From positions 121,086,001 through 121,150,000 of the forward strand of contig NC_042997.1 in assembly GCF_006345805.1 (NCBI RefSeq): 64,000 bases of DNA, given 5' to 3'. The DNA is from Octopus sinensis. Lineage: Eukaryota. The notes beneath the pieces are model-generated. The model was not told where the DNA came from and made no database searches. It saw nothing but the letters and a program-made list of their open reading frames with translations. Positions 25,567 to 38,474 of the stretch are shown here, in pieces; the stretch's first letter is position 1, and each line of letters starts with the position of its first letter. The position numbers were made by a program, and so were the translations under genes.

Positions 25567-26434
25567 ATGACATGCTTCTTTCAGCTTCCGTGTAAGAAAT
25601 TCATTCACTGAGCTTTGGTCGGCATGAGGCTATAGTGGAAAACACTTGCCCAGAGTGCCACGAAAGAGAACCTATCCCAGAACCATGTGGTTGGAAAGCA
25701 AGCTTCTTACCACACACCCACTCCTACGCCCATTAGGAGATTTTTTTTCTTAATTTCAAATAATGTTGAAATGCGTTCTGTTAAATATAACACGTGTATC
25801 TGGCATTAGTTATTGGCACTAGAATCTTCGGTAACATGTTCCCATACTTCAATTAACGTAAAGTAGCAACTCTTCATGCCGAGTCGGTCCAACTTGATTA
25901 GTTCTTGTTAAAGCTACAGATATTATAATTAATAGTCTATTAGTGAGTAGTTTCTTTGTCACCAAATCTATTTAAAGTTCATTATTCCATTCTCCACTGT
26001 CCAACATTTCTAGAAATATTTCCTTTATCAAATGGTTGTAGTTTTCTCATCTATGAACAAATAAAACATTTTTATTCAAGTTGTATTAAAATACAATGGC
26101 CATCATTATAACGTTAGAAAATCTTTGAATTTTCTAACAATGATTTTAAAGAAGATTTACAGCGTATTTTGGAATTCTTTACATGAAGATAACAATAGAC
26201 TCCATCAGTAAGTATCGATTAAACTTCGATGTTCTGTGAATAGACATACGAATATAGTGTCCCAAACAGAAAAATGCTGATGCTCTTTATAATTATTTGT
26301 AATACAAGTAGTAAATATTTTTAATAAACTCATTAGCTCATTACCCAAAAAGATGTTGAGCGGGATATTGTTGATACATTTGAAATAATAATGATTTATA
26401 TACTTCTCTCCACTATACATACATACATACATGC

Positions 26435-26490
<56 letters not shown>

Positions 26491-26599
26491 ATAAACCCCA
26501 GCCTAGGACTTTGTTAATTTGTGTACCCTCCAGTGGGAACTAAATCCACAGGTAGTTGCACAATGGCAGCTGCAAATTGGGTACATGATGACACGATCT

Positions 26600-27170
26600 T
26601 TTGAATTAATTATACCCTTCATTTCCACACGCTTTCCCCTTGACTAATAAATGTCATTCCTTTCCGTAGGTTTTTGTTCCCTTGCAGATGGTTGACTCCA
26701 TTTAGACATGTTTGTGGCCATGACTACTCACTGTTTTCATTAATGTCACATATCTGGAAGATTTGCCCGTCCTCTTGGTCGATTGCTCACTATCACTGTA
26801 GAAGAGTTGCTTTGATAGTTTGTTGCCCTACATGTACACGAGATATCTTGACCATCTTAGCTGAGTCTCTGTTAGCACTGCATCTATGCTCGGCATCTTT
26901 ATATCAAGAACTTTCGTATTCCAGACATACGCTATGGTGTTTAAGATGCGTCGTAGAGAATGCTGGCAAAAGTGATATTTTAACATGCTTGAGCTAAAGA
27001 GTCGCCGACTCGCATCCATACAACAATACACTCAGAACTACTCTCCAGTATACTGCGAACTCCCTCTTCAATTTCAAGGCCGTTTCATTCCCTACATGCT
27101 TTTGGAGTCAGCCATAAGAATCACTTGCCCGTGAGGCTTTCGGCATTGTAAAGGTCCTTGCCGTCTGTCA
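26600..27170 (-). pseudogene. RTE-clade LINE C-terminal fragment
   Basis: VVLSVLLYGCES, LRRIL, MPSIDAVLTETQLRW. Confidence 0.8.
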
Positions 27171-27199
27171 TTATTTCGGACATTTGTGTTGTTTTACTA

Positions 27200-28590
27200 A
27201 GTCTATATGCTTTGTGTAGTGACTGTGGATTGCCTCTAGGTCCGCAATTAGTTTTGCTCTCTGTATAACCATAGTTGGGAGTAGTAGCCCAGACAGCTGA
27301 GGACAAAGTTTCTCCAAAGCAGAAGCATTGCGTTTTTGTTCCTGGTCTTGAAGGATCTAAGGAGCCAACCTGCCACCAGCCTGCATAGTGTTGCCATCTG
27401 AGCAATGTGTACACTGAAAGCTGCATCATTGCTCATGATGAGTCCTAGATTGCGCATCGACTCTAACTCTGGGATTACATTGCCTGCTGGTTCTGTTTAC
27501 TTCCATTGTAGTTTATCTGTGGGCTGATAGTGAAGAGCTTGACATCTTTGGCATTATACTGCATATTATTCTCATCTGCCCGCTTATATATTGCGCTTTG
27601 GATATTCTGCAGTCTTAGATGTCAGTAGGATCCTTGAACGTCTGCGATACTTCTGTATCATTGGCGTAGCTGGTGAGTGTGGCTGAGGACATGTTCGAGA
27701 TAGCAACCACTAACACAGTAGCGGTTCCAGCACTGTTTCCAGGGCACTCCGCTGAAGATTGGCAACACCATTTGCTGTGCCAGCCTGACTTCTGCCCGTC
27801 AGAAAATCCTGCAGCCACTCTCCCAGTCTACCAGCGATATTGAGGACACGCAATTTGTAACATATCATCTCATGATTCACTTTGTCAAAGGCCTTGGCAA
27901 AGTCGAGATATATCACATCCACAGTTGAGTGGTTGAAGTACTGTGGTAGCTGTGTTACGCACAGGACAAAAGCCATGTTGCGTGCCTCTAAGCAAGTCAT
28001 TTTCTTCTAGGAACGCGGTCAGTCTTTTTCTGAAAATGCATTCCATGATTTTGCTAACATGTGTGGTCAGGGAGATAGGCATGCAGTTTATAGCATCTGC
28101 ACTGCTTCCTCCTTTGTAGACAGGGCAGATTATTCCATCATTTAACATTTGAGGAAATGTGCCACATTCAAAGGAACTTTCGAAAAGCATATGCAGTGGT
28201 TTTGCAAGACCTAAATTTCTTGCATGCTTTTAACAGAATTGCTGGAAGTCTACCTGGGCCTGTTGCAGAGTATGAGTTATCTCGTCAATGGCCAACACTA
28301 CATCCTCTTCTGTAATGTCAAAGTAACTGATGGTCGCTTTTTTTCTCTTTTAGTTTAGAGGTGTTGAAAAACTCGTTAGGTCTGATTATTTTCATGTTTT
28401 TCAGTGGAGAGATGAAAATACGTTGGTATTGTTTATTGAGTGCTTCACTTACTCTCATGGGGTCTGTAGTCTGTGAGCCTTTTTAATCAAACAGCGGCCT
28501 TATACTGTATCGCACTGAGACAGACTCTTGCAACCTTATAGAAGGTTTTAGGGGTCGTTTTTATAACTTCCACCGCCCTGGTTTCTCTGT
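27200..28590 (-). pseudogene. CR1-like LINE reverse transcriptase fragment, related to 3303-4432
   Basis: CPVYKGG..PISLTTHVSKIME..QHGF; VIYLDFAKAFDKV; SYANDT; RNLGL; frameshifted. Confidence 0.92.
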
Positions 28591-28717
28591 TTCCTTTACT
28601 TTTTCATATATATATATGTGTGTGTGTATGAGTCTATGTATGTATGTGTATGTATACGTAAATAATTATGCATATATATATATATAGGTTTATATATATA
28701 TACATATATATAAGTAT

Positions 28718-28813
<96 letters not shown>

Positions 28814-29883
28814 CATTTAAATTATAAATTGCATGCACAATGACATTCTATTGTAATGATGAGATTGATTTTAAAATCATTAGGGCGTTGAAGAATATGG
28901 CATTTAGCTAAAACTATTTATGCTCTACTATGAAATTCCGCTGAGGGTAACTTTTTCTTTCATTCTTTTCAGATAATAAAACATGATCCATTCATAGAAT
29001 AGGATGGAATTAATCTAGTGATCACTTCCCCGCCACAATGGCTATTGTCTTGAGTTAAGAAGAGAATAAATAGGTTAGGACATGCAATATCCTGTGCCGG
29101 AAATATGGGAAAAAATGGATATAATATCGTTTCTTTTTCCCTTTTTATATCAAAGAAAACATGACAAATTAGGTAGAATGGTCATGAAATTAACCGTCGG
29201 TTAGCAGGGTTTTTTGTCTTGTTTTTAGGAAAGATGCTATTCTGAAATAATTTTAGAGTGCTAGTGAATGCTTTCCATAAAACTGTTTTTTTTTCCTTCA
29301 CATTTTTGTCACTAAAGTCATGTAACTTCCTAAAGTTCTTAAGGCAAGCACGAACAACATACGCACAGCCCTTATGCATATTATATTTAATTGTATAAAT
29401 GGGAAATTTATGTAAAAATATATATGTCTATGTGCAAACACGCCATATGCCATTCAGAAATGTGTTCTGAATGGCATACTGCATGCTCACACGCACTAAA
29501 CACTAAACCCCACCACACACACAAACTCACAGAAACACACTCGTACTCACTCACTCGCACGCACACATACACACACACAAACACAAACATAAATACATAT
29601 CAGCACACACACACATTTATGTGGTTGCATACAGGTAATACCTTTTTCATGTCTCCCTTCCATGTGTGAAAATATACAACTGACAATAAAAAGCAATATT
29701 TCTTTTGTTTGTATTCGGTAGCAACTTAATATAGAAAAGCAACGGACATTTTCTCTCTTTCGATGCAATTTTTCAATTAATTACATTCGTGGATATATAT
29801 ATATATATATATATAAGAATACACAGCGACCTCGTGCCCACGAGAGTAAACAAGAGAGACAGAAACAAGGAAAATGCCACTTG

Positions 29884-29926
<43 letters not shown>

Positions 29927-29927
<1 letters not shown>

Positions 29928-31050
29928 TAGCTGAAGGTGACCCGCTCTACGCGCGGGTAAGAGTGTGGGTGTTACTTTCTGTTGCTTCCTTTCAGCACGT
30001 AAAAAGCACCATCCGAACGTGGCCGATTGCAGCACCGCCTTGACTTGCTTCTGTGCTGGTGGCACGTAAAAAGCACCAACCGATCGTTGCCACTGCGAGC
30101 CCCCCTGGCACCAGTGCCGTCGGCACGAAAAAAGCACTCACTACACTCACAGTGTGGTTGGCGTTAGGAAGGTCATCCACCTGTAGAAACACTGCCAGAT
30201 CAGACTGGAGCCTGGTGCAGCCTCCTGGCTTCCGAGACCCGGTCACACTGCCCAACCCGTATTTGTTTCTCTCCGTATTTGTTTCTCTCTCCTTTCTCTC
30301 TCACTTTCCCACTCTCTTTCTTTTCTTTTCTCTCTGACTCTCCCTCGCTTTCTCTTACTCTCTATCTTTATCTAGCTCTCTCCCATTTATAAACAACAGA
30401 AGATCTTGAGTAAGTTGAGAAATAAAATATTTAGAAAGATCAATCAGAAATATGATGCAGTGGCAATGGAAAGGTCTGCTTCAAGGCAGACAGCAAAACG
30501 CTAACATTCAAAAGGGACAGACGAACTTGCGAGCTGAATAAAAATAATAAATGGATAGAATCTGAGGATAGTAGAGTCACCATGGCTGGCATTTGTTAAC
30601 GACGGACAGCAACGTTGTGACAGTTTAACGGCTGGCGTAAAATTTGGAACTTGATGTAAAAGAAAATTCGTAAACACTAATTTTTGAAGTGATACTTTCT
30701 CACGACAGTAGACTCACCATGGCAAGCATTCAGAACTTCTTTATCATGGACGGCAACACATTGACGATTAAAAGGCTGGCGCAAATTTTTAGCTTGATGC
30801 AACAGAGAATTCCTAAACACCCGCTCTTTGAAATTTTAATCCCCTTCCAGCCCCATTTAGACCCCTTTTCACATTTTGGTTAATATAACCCGATTTCATT
30901 CGGGTGTACTGGGGCCACATTTTATAAGATGAGGAAATTTGTCCTAGAGGTGACGCCTTTCATTTGAGGAACAAAATAGTTGTGATGCAAACTTGTCAAC
31001 ACCTTTAACATAGGTGTGCATATTTTCAGGTGAATCGACCGACTACGTAA
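29927..31050 (-). mobile_element. Helitron-like element (3' end defined, 5' end approximate)
   Basis: CTAG at 29927-29930 next to a TA tract; ACCCGC..GCGGGT hairpin at 29940-29958. Confidence 0.6.
29994..30260 (+). mobile_element. Fragment of a further SINE-like repeat
   Basis: Three GCACG(T/A)AAAAAGCAC motifs, then GGTTGGCGTTAGGAAGG..GTAGAAAC (RTE-associated motif, recalled not verified). Confidence 0.6.
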
Positions 31051-31239
31051 TGCACACATATATATATATGTGTATATATATATATGTGTGTGTGTGCACG
31101 CATTATATATACAAATGTATACAAATGAGATATATATCTGTATAAATTAAATTAGAGATAAAACCACTAATAGGCAAATGAAACAGTGAAAAACCAAAAA
31201 CAAAAACATAAAAAGAGAAAATATAACATAGAAAATATA

Positions 31240-32150
31240 TCTATATATATAAAACTGTAGTTGTGTGAGTGTCTGTCTCCTTCGATTTAGATTCCTAACT
31301 ACTCCCAAATTTTGCGGTGCAGTTTAACCAAATTCGGGTATCTTATAGTCGTGATTCATATCGAGCCCGTCTGGGTATTAGCGCGCGTCTACGATGAGTG
31401 TACGATTTTAAAAATAATTTAACATCATTTTTTATTCCATTTTAATGCATATTTTTCGTGTGTCGATGGCGGCGGAGTTGGCGTCCACGCTCACGCCTGC
31501 ACCTGTGTTGCTTCTCCCCTTCTTCCCTCCCTCGTGAAGCTGTGGGGAAGGGAGTGTAAGGAAATCAACGTCGTAATGCGTTGTGAAGGAGACCAGCGTT
31601 CTTTTAGAACAACGACTTCATGGCTTGAAGTCGCCAAAACAGAAATCGCTAAAAAAGCTGAAACAGATCCACAAAAACGGCAGAAACCGCCACACAGGGC
31701 AGGTTTCCTGTGCAAACAATTTGCACAACCGAATGTTTTAGTTGTTGCACAAATCTTTATATATAAAAGTAAGGTTGTGTGTCTGTCTCCTACGATTTAG
31801 ATTCCTTACTCCCACATTTTGCGGTGCAGTGTAACCAAAACCGGGTATCTTATAGTCGTGATTCATATCGAGCCCTTCTGGGTATTAGCGCGCGTCTACG
31901 ATGAGTCTACGATTTAAAAAAAAATTTACCATCATTTTTTATTCCATTTTAATGCATTTTTCGCTATTATATAAGGGAAGTAACTCTGTAAAAATGTCTA
32001 CGATGAGTCAACGATTTAAAAAAGAAATTACTATCATTTTTTATTCCATCTTTAATGCATTTTTTGCTTTTTTTTTTGCTATAACTCACTAAAAATGCTT
32101 ATATAGTTATTTCCCTTACAAACCCGAGCAACGCCGGGCGATACTGCTAG
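31240..32150 (+). mobile_element. Composite non-autonomous Helitron with two 5' ends and one 3' end
   Basis: A|TC at 31240 and 31754; hairpin plus CTAG|T at 32123-32150; exact empty site in paralogue at ~19321-19346. Confidence 0.85.
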
Positions 32151-32298
32151 TAAAATATAAAATTGAAAAGTTTAAATTATTTACATTGAAAATAAAAATT
32201 ATGAAATTATATTTATAATTTGTTTAAAAATATATATAACTATGAAAAAGTATGAAAAAGTTTAATATACATAAATACAGATATATACACTTTGTATA

Positions 32299-32562
32299 TA
32301 TACATTATATATACATATTTATATATAGAACACACACACACACATACATTATATATACATATTTATAGATAGAACACACACACACACACACATACATTAT
32401 ATATACATATTTATATATATAACACACACACATACATTATATATACATATTTATATATAGAACACACACACACACATACATTATATATACATATTTATAT
32501 ATAGAACACACACACATACATTATATATACATATATATATAGAACACACACACACACACATA
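32299..32562 (+). repeat. Minisatellite, about 6 units of ~42-50 bp
   Basis: ACATTATATATACATATTTATATATAGAA(CA)n unit. Confidence 0.9.
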
Positions 32563-32828
32563 TAAATGAACGCAAGAATATCTGATTCATAATATTTGTT
32601 CTCATGCTCGTGTGTTGATTGTTGGTGACAGACATATACTTCAAAGAACGCCGCCGAAGTGATAGGAAGGTAGGAAACAGAGTCAGTGAAAAAGAAAGGA
32701 AATAGCGATAGTGACAGATACTTTAAATAACCGTAGTGGCATTCTGAAAGTTATAAATGAAGAGGAGTGACAGAGTACTGGAGGAAATAGGGTGAGGTAG
32801 GAAGATGGCCCCTAGAAACCACAGCTTT

Positions 32829-32873
32829 TAAGATAGGGATTTGTAAGATAGGGATTTGTAAGATAGGGATTTG
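32829..32873 (+). repeat. 15-bp tandem triplication
   Basis: TAAGATAGGGATTTG x3; single copy in the 18.7-kb paralogue. Confidence 0.9.
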
Positions 32874-33044
32874 TAGCCCACGCGCATCGTCACCTCATTC
32901 TACATGGCCCTGTAAATTTTGGAGCGAATCGGACGGGACGTAGTGGCATTGAAAGCGAACCAAGCGGTAAAAACGCATTTCAGTTTTATATATAGATATA
33001 TATATATATATATATATTATAAATATATAAATGTATATATATAA

Positions 33045-33643
33045 GATGTATTTGGCATTTATCCCCCAACACACAATCACGCACACACATACACACACAT
33101 AGGCACTCAATCCCATTAGCAAAAGCAAACAACAACGCATTACCATACATACGACTTGCACTCTGTCACCCTCCTATTCTAAGAAATTTGCCCTTTCAGC
33201 TATTTTTGAACTCTTGAACTTTTTAGAATCTTCTCCATCCAACCAATTTTGACGTCACTGCTTATAACGGAATATTTTAAAGAAACACTCATTATCACTA
33301 TGGACTCCGTGTGGGCAGTCATCTAACAGTTTTTGTTCGTCATGATGCTGACATAAGTTCCTTGTCTTTCCTGATGAGAAGGCGGCATAATACACCCTTT
33401 ATTCCTTCGGAATTAAGAATATGCAGTCTTCGAAACGTATGTCGAGAATAAAGGAATTTTGTTAAATCGTCGTTCGACTCCATTCTTTCATTTATTTATA
33501 TTAAAAAAACACACAAATTTCCACACGAAAGCATGTGATTTCTGCCCTTGGCATGTAGCTTCTACCGTGCTTTCTGACGTAAATTTGCTACCCGTGTATC
33601 GATTAACCGAATTATCCATACTAGGATAACTCATTCAACTACT

Positions 33644-33645
<2 letters not shown>
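33045..33645 (+). mobile_element. (TA)n-flanked PLE-terminal-like element with canonical-core hammerhead motif at 33367-33447
   Basis: CTGATGA, GAAGGC-GCATA/TATGC-GTCTTC stem II, GAAAC..GTC, then AATAAA. Confidence 0.65.
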
Positions 33646-33702
<57 letters not shown>

Positions 33703-33921
33703 GTAAAATATGAAAAATTAACGAAAATGCATATTGGAAATAGAAAAAGACTAGTGACAGATATATATACATTTAGATTGCCTGAGGTAGTAATAAGAGT
33801 CATAAATGTCATTATTAAGAGATGATTATAAGATGATAATAAAGTAAGAGGACAAAACGAACAATGTCTTACGCGAAGGCTATTCATCGTTTGAACAACA
33901 CCGGTTAATAGATGGTGTATA

Positions 33922-33988
<67 letters not shown>

Positions 33989-34299
33989 TATATATATATT
34001 ATATATATATATAATGTTTGCATTATTTATCACGGACTGTTCATGCTATTGTACTGAGATCATCATGCGTTTGCGAATAAATTATTTCTGTATGATTCAC
34101 AAAATATGTTCTTTAGCACTCATCTAACAATATATCTTACGCTTGTATCTTGTCATCGTCCTATGATATATTTCAGATCATGTCATTCTAGTATTTACCC
34201 TTTCTAGGTAATTCTTCAGCTGTCAAGGATTTGCGCAAATATTTTCAGATCTATGAGCAATTAATAGTAACCGCAACCGCTATATATCACTGTGAATTC

Positions 34300-34758
34300 T
34301 TTTACTCATTTACTTGCTTCAGTCTTTTGAATGCACCGAGGCTGGAGCACCGCTTTTAATCGAGCAAATCGACCCGAGGACTTATTATTTGTAAGCCAAG
34401 TACTTATTTTATCGAACTCTTTTGCCGATCTGCTAAGTTACGGCGACGTAAATGCAACAGCACCAATTGTCAAGCGATTTCGGTGAGCAAACACAGACAC
34501 AGACACAGAAACACACAGACAGAGACACACAGACACACACACATACACACATACACACACACACACATATATATATACATATATATATATATACGACGGG
34601 CTTCTTTCTGTTTCCGTCTACCAAATCCATTCACACGGCTTTGGTCGGTCCGAGACCATAACAGAAGACACTTGCCTAAGGTGCCATGCGGTGGGGCTGA
34701 ACCCGGAACTATGTGGTTAGGAAGCAAGCTACTTACCTCACAGCCTCTCCTGCGCCTA
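34300..34758 (-). mobile_element. SINE family A, full length
   Basis: Homology to 15774-16197. Confidence 0.9.
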
Positions 34759-36792
34759 TACATTTACAGGAGTACAATTATTCACCACATCCCGACCTTT
34801 CCTCGTCGCTTATATATGTTTTCACAAGAAATATAAAGTCATATAAAGTAACTGGTATCCATTTTTCTATGTGTTATTATTATTCCAAATATCTCATTCT
34901 CATGGTTTTACTAAAAGAGTAACTGTCCCCTCCCAATTCTGTTTTAGTGTCTCCCTGATGGATAGGAGGAGCAGAATAATTATCCCAAGCCCAGGTCCTA
35001 CTCCGGGGTTCTGACAACAGAGTAACCTTCTGAATATACTCGAAAGTCATGCATCCTGTTACTCGTAAGAAATGACCGACTACTACAGAACACATCGAAT
35101 ATCAACTTTGGTACGATTATATGAGACCAGCAGTTGTTTCACGATTCTAAATTGATGTTCAGTCTCATTCTGCAGTAAACCTCTAAGATCTGCTGATATA
35201 TTTAAGAAAATCCAAGAATCGTATGAGAGTATTTATTGACATTATATGTTAGCTAAGTTCATGTGATTATAACAGTAAATGATTCATCGAATTTATTATA
35301 AATATTCATAATATGGCTTACTATTTTAAATCATATCGAAACAATTTTTACCGAAACGTTATAATTGGTTTTACTTCGTTAGAATAAATTCTTTAAAAAT
35401 ATGCCTTCATGAATTGAAACTTCAACCGGCCTTATCAAATCAACCCTTCATTCCAAATGACATATTACAGTATTTGCTATTATCAACTGATAGTAATTTG
35501 CTGATAGAATTAGCTGTTTCGATACCTTACTCACACGTTGTTATTCACGACGAATTGTAATGCTATGTTCTCAAAAGTTACAAATTACCTTACACGAATA
35601 TTATTCGCCAAAAGTTTGTGCAATGGGAAATAATGATAAATTATTATTCAGTACTCGCTAAATCCCCATTCCTACTGGGTTTTTCCCACACCGATAATGC
35701 AAACTTCATCTTAAATTCAATAGATTTTATTCATGCGGGCATTAGTTTTTCCCTTTAGAATTTTATCTAAAAATATCTGGTAACTTTTGTATACATTTAA
35801 CACATAAAACTGAAATTGTGGTGCTGAATAGTAAAACGATTTAAGTTTTATAAATTGCCTGTATACAAAAGTAATTTACGATTAATAGTTCATACGATAT
35901 TTCAGAATGAAGTAATGCGTCACAAACACTTAATAAAATAAATGAAAACTATATTAAACATCTATAAATGATTAAATACACATTGTTCATTGGTGATAAA
36001 AGTGTTAAAGTACCATATAGACCATGTAAACAAAAACAATTTGCTAACTTCCTGGTTTCTTTAATTAAAATACACGCTGAAATATTTGTTGTTTCCATAA
36101 AATAAACGATTGTAGAAATTTAATATTTACGTTTAAAGAAACATTTCCACGTGTTTGTGCATATACCGTTCTAAAAAATAGGTTACTAAATGAACATTTG
36201 GACCATAAATGAACATTGATTTCATACAATTTAATGATCGAAACCTGCAGATAACAATAAATGCCAATTTATGACGTTTGTTTTAAGTATTTAGTGGTTG
36301 CCTATAATGGGAAATATACGGAGAAAAATACTTAAATTTATATTTCATTTGGCTTATAAACGACTTGGCTTACGCATACGTATCTGAATAATTAGTAATT
36401 TGGAATCGCCTGTCGGCTTTGATCTTGTTTCTTTGATGTGCTAATAAATGTAAACGTACAGCGCTCCGTGGTAAATTTTACAGGTAATTAGCTTCGTTGC
36501 TTGCATCACGGAGTTGATTTCTTTTTCTTTCTTTCTTCTTTCTTTGGCAGAAAAGATAAACAGATGTTAGTTACTTCAAGAGGTTTCTGTTTCAAGACCA
36601 ACAGCACACAATGCAACAAGCACGTGATTGTTTTTCTCATTCGTACAATATATTTTACGTTTACAAAAAACAAAAAAAAAACAAAAAAAAGTTGGGTATC
36701 ACATCTGCAATCCTTATTTCATTGCAATTTCCATAATTCTCTATTTCCCTCCACATTCTCCTCCTAATTCCAATACAACAATTTACTACGGC

Positions 36793-37115
36793 AATCCATC
36801 GGTTACGACGAAGAGTGGCTGAGCACTCCACAGATGCGTGTAACCTTAACGTCCTTTTGCGGGGAGATTCAGTGTGACACAGAGTGTGGCAAGGCTGGCT
36901 CTTTGAAATAGAGGTACAACAGAAACAGGAAGAAAGCATGAGAGAAAGCTGTGGTGAAAGAGAACAGCATGATTCGCCACCACCCACTGCCGGAGTCTCG
37001 TAGAGCTTTAGGTGTTTTCGCCTGATAAACACTCACAACACCCGGTCTGGGAATCGAAACTGTGATCCTATGACCGCAAGTACGCTGACGTAACCACTGG
37101 ACCGTTGCGCCTCCA
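36793..37115 (-). mobile_element. SINE family C with an internal deletion of roughly 55 bp near the 3' end
   Basis: Reverse complement of the family at 44980-45367. Confidence 0.9.
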
Positions 37116-37132
37116 CACAGCAAATTAACTTA

Positions 37133-37347
37133 GTGTTTCCAAATTTTTGCGCTAGGCTAGCAATTTCAGGGGAGGTGATATGTGGCATACATTGAGCCGA
37201 GTATTCAACTGCTACTTATTTTATCGTACCAGAAAGGATGAAAAGCAAAGAAGACCTTGGCATAATTATATATCAGAACAAAACGACTGACGAAATACCG
37301 CTAAGCATTGTGCAGGCGCAAAAAAGACTCTGCTACGTCTCCGCCTT
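37133..37347 (-). mobile_element. Old SINE family B copy (alternative tail)
   Basis: GAAAGGATGAAAAGCAAAG..GACGAAATACCGCTAAGCATT..CCGCCTT. Confidence 0.75.
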
Positions 37348-37374
37348 AATTCATCTTCATATTATTTTCTAGTA

Positions 37375-37757
37375 GTGGAGGCGTAATGGCCTTGTGGTTA
37401 GGGAAGCGGACTCACTGTCGTAAGATCGCGGTTTCGAATCTCAGCCCGAGCGTTGTGAGTGTTTATTGAGCGAAAACACATAAAGCTCCACGGGGTTCCG
37501 GCAGTGGGGTGGTAGCGAACCATTCTGTACTCTTTCACCACAACTTTCTCTCACTCTTTCTTCCTCTTTCTGCTGTACCTATATTTCAAAAGACCAGCCG
37601 TTTCACATCCTGTCTTACGCTGAACCTCATTGAGAACTACGTTAAGGGTACACGTGTCTGTTGGGTGCTCGGCTACTTACACGTTAATTTCACGAGCAGG
37701 CTGTCCCGATCATCAGATCAACTGGAAGCCTCGTCATCGTATACGACGGAGTGCCAC
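37375..37757 (+). mobile_element. SINE family C
   Basis: tRNA-like head GGCGTAATGGCCTTGTGGTTAG..GGTTTCGAATC; body homologous to the other C copies. Confidence 0.9.
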
Positions 37758-38009
37758 GATTTTCCAGCAACCCCTTTAAAATATTCTCAGTTAAGGTACA
37801 AATTTTAAGATCTTTCAGTTTATATCTACGCTGCTTCTGTAACCACATTTCACCATATTCATATATTTCATTACAATTTTATATATTTTTTCCTTATTGT
37901 TACAACAATTTAATTATTATGGTAACCGTCAACAAATACATACATCCAAACTGCGGCGTGGCATGGATTGACTTTGAACCCTGTTGTATAAGAGCACATT
38001 TTATTGTTC

Positions 38010-38470
38010 TAGCTGACTCCCTCGCACTGCTCTAAATTTACAGCAGTGCGAGGAAGGAAGGTGTGTAACGTGTTATCGTTGCATTGACTATGGCAGAGGA
38101 AGTTGTGCAGAGAAATTGCATCAAAATTTGCCAAGAGATTCGCGATACCTGCTCAGGGGCCAACGCAAAGCATTCAAAAAGTTGTCATCGTTCTCGACAC
38201 AATCAAGAAGATCTTGTGCAATTGAAAGTCGATTGTCTTTTTGGTCAGCTGAAAGCAATTTTGGCTCAAACGCATCTCATACCCAAATCGTCAGTGATAA
38301 TGGACTGAACTGAATCGTAACTAATCTTCTCATCCTCTGATAACTCACGGATGGTGATTCGACAATTTCCCCTCACAGGTGCATGTACATCTGCTATGAT
38401 TTTCTCAATTCTGCTGGTTGCGGGTCTCCCAAAACGTTCGTAAATATCGACATTTTTCAGCCATCTTGGA
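38010..38470. pseudogene. mariner-family transposase N-terminal relic with an internal inversion
   Basis: Plus: MAEEVVQRNCIKIC; minus: ERFGRPATSR..RITIRELS..SVQSIITDDLGM and FEPKLLSADQKDNR. Confidence 0.8.
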
Positions 38471-38474
38471 AACT

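Larger units (their letters stand above)
24385..25730 (-). mobile_element. SINE A copy split by PLE insertions into its internal microsatellite
   Basis: 3' half at 24385-24540; 5' half at 25570-25730. Confidence 0.7.

Noticed and set aside
28972-29075. Strong plus-strand splice acceptor (TTCTTTTCAG) and possible exon
   Set aside because: Weak donor, a stop in the frame I checked, and no independent support
32299-32562. Regularly spaced repeats superficially like a CRISPR array
   Set aside because: Eukaryotic context, spacers are just (CA)n, no cas genes; this is a minisatellite
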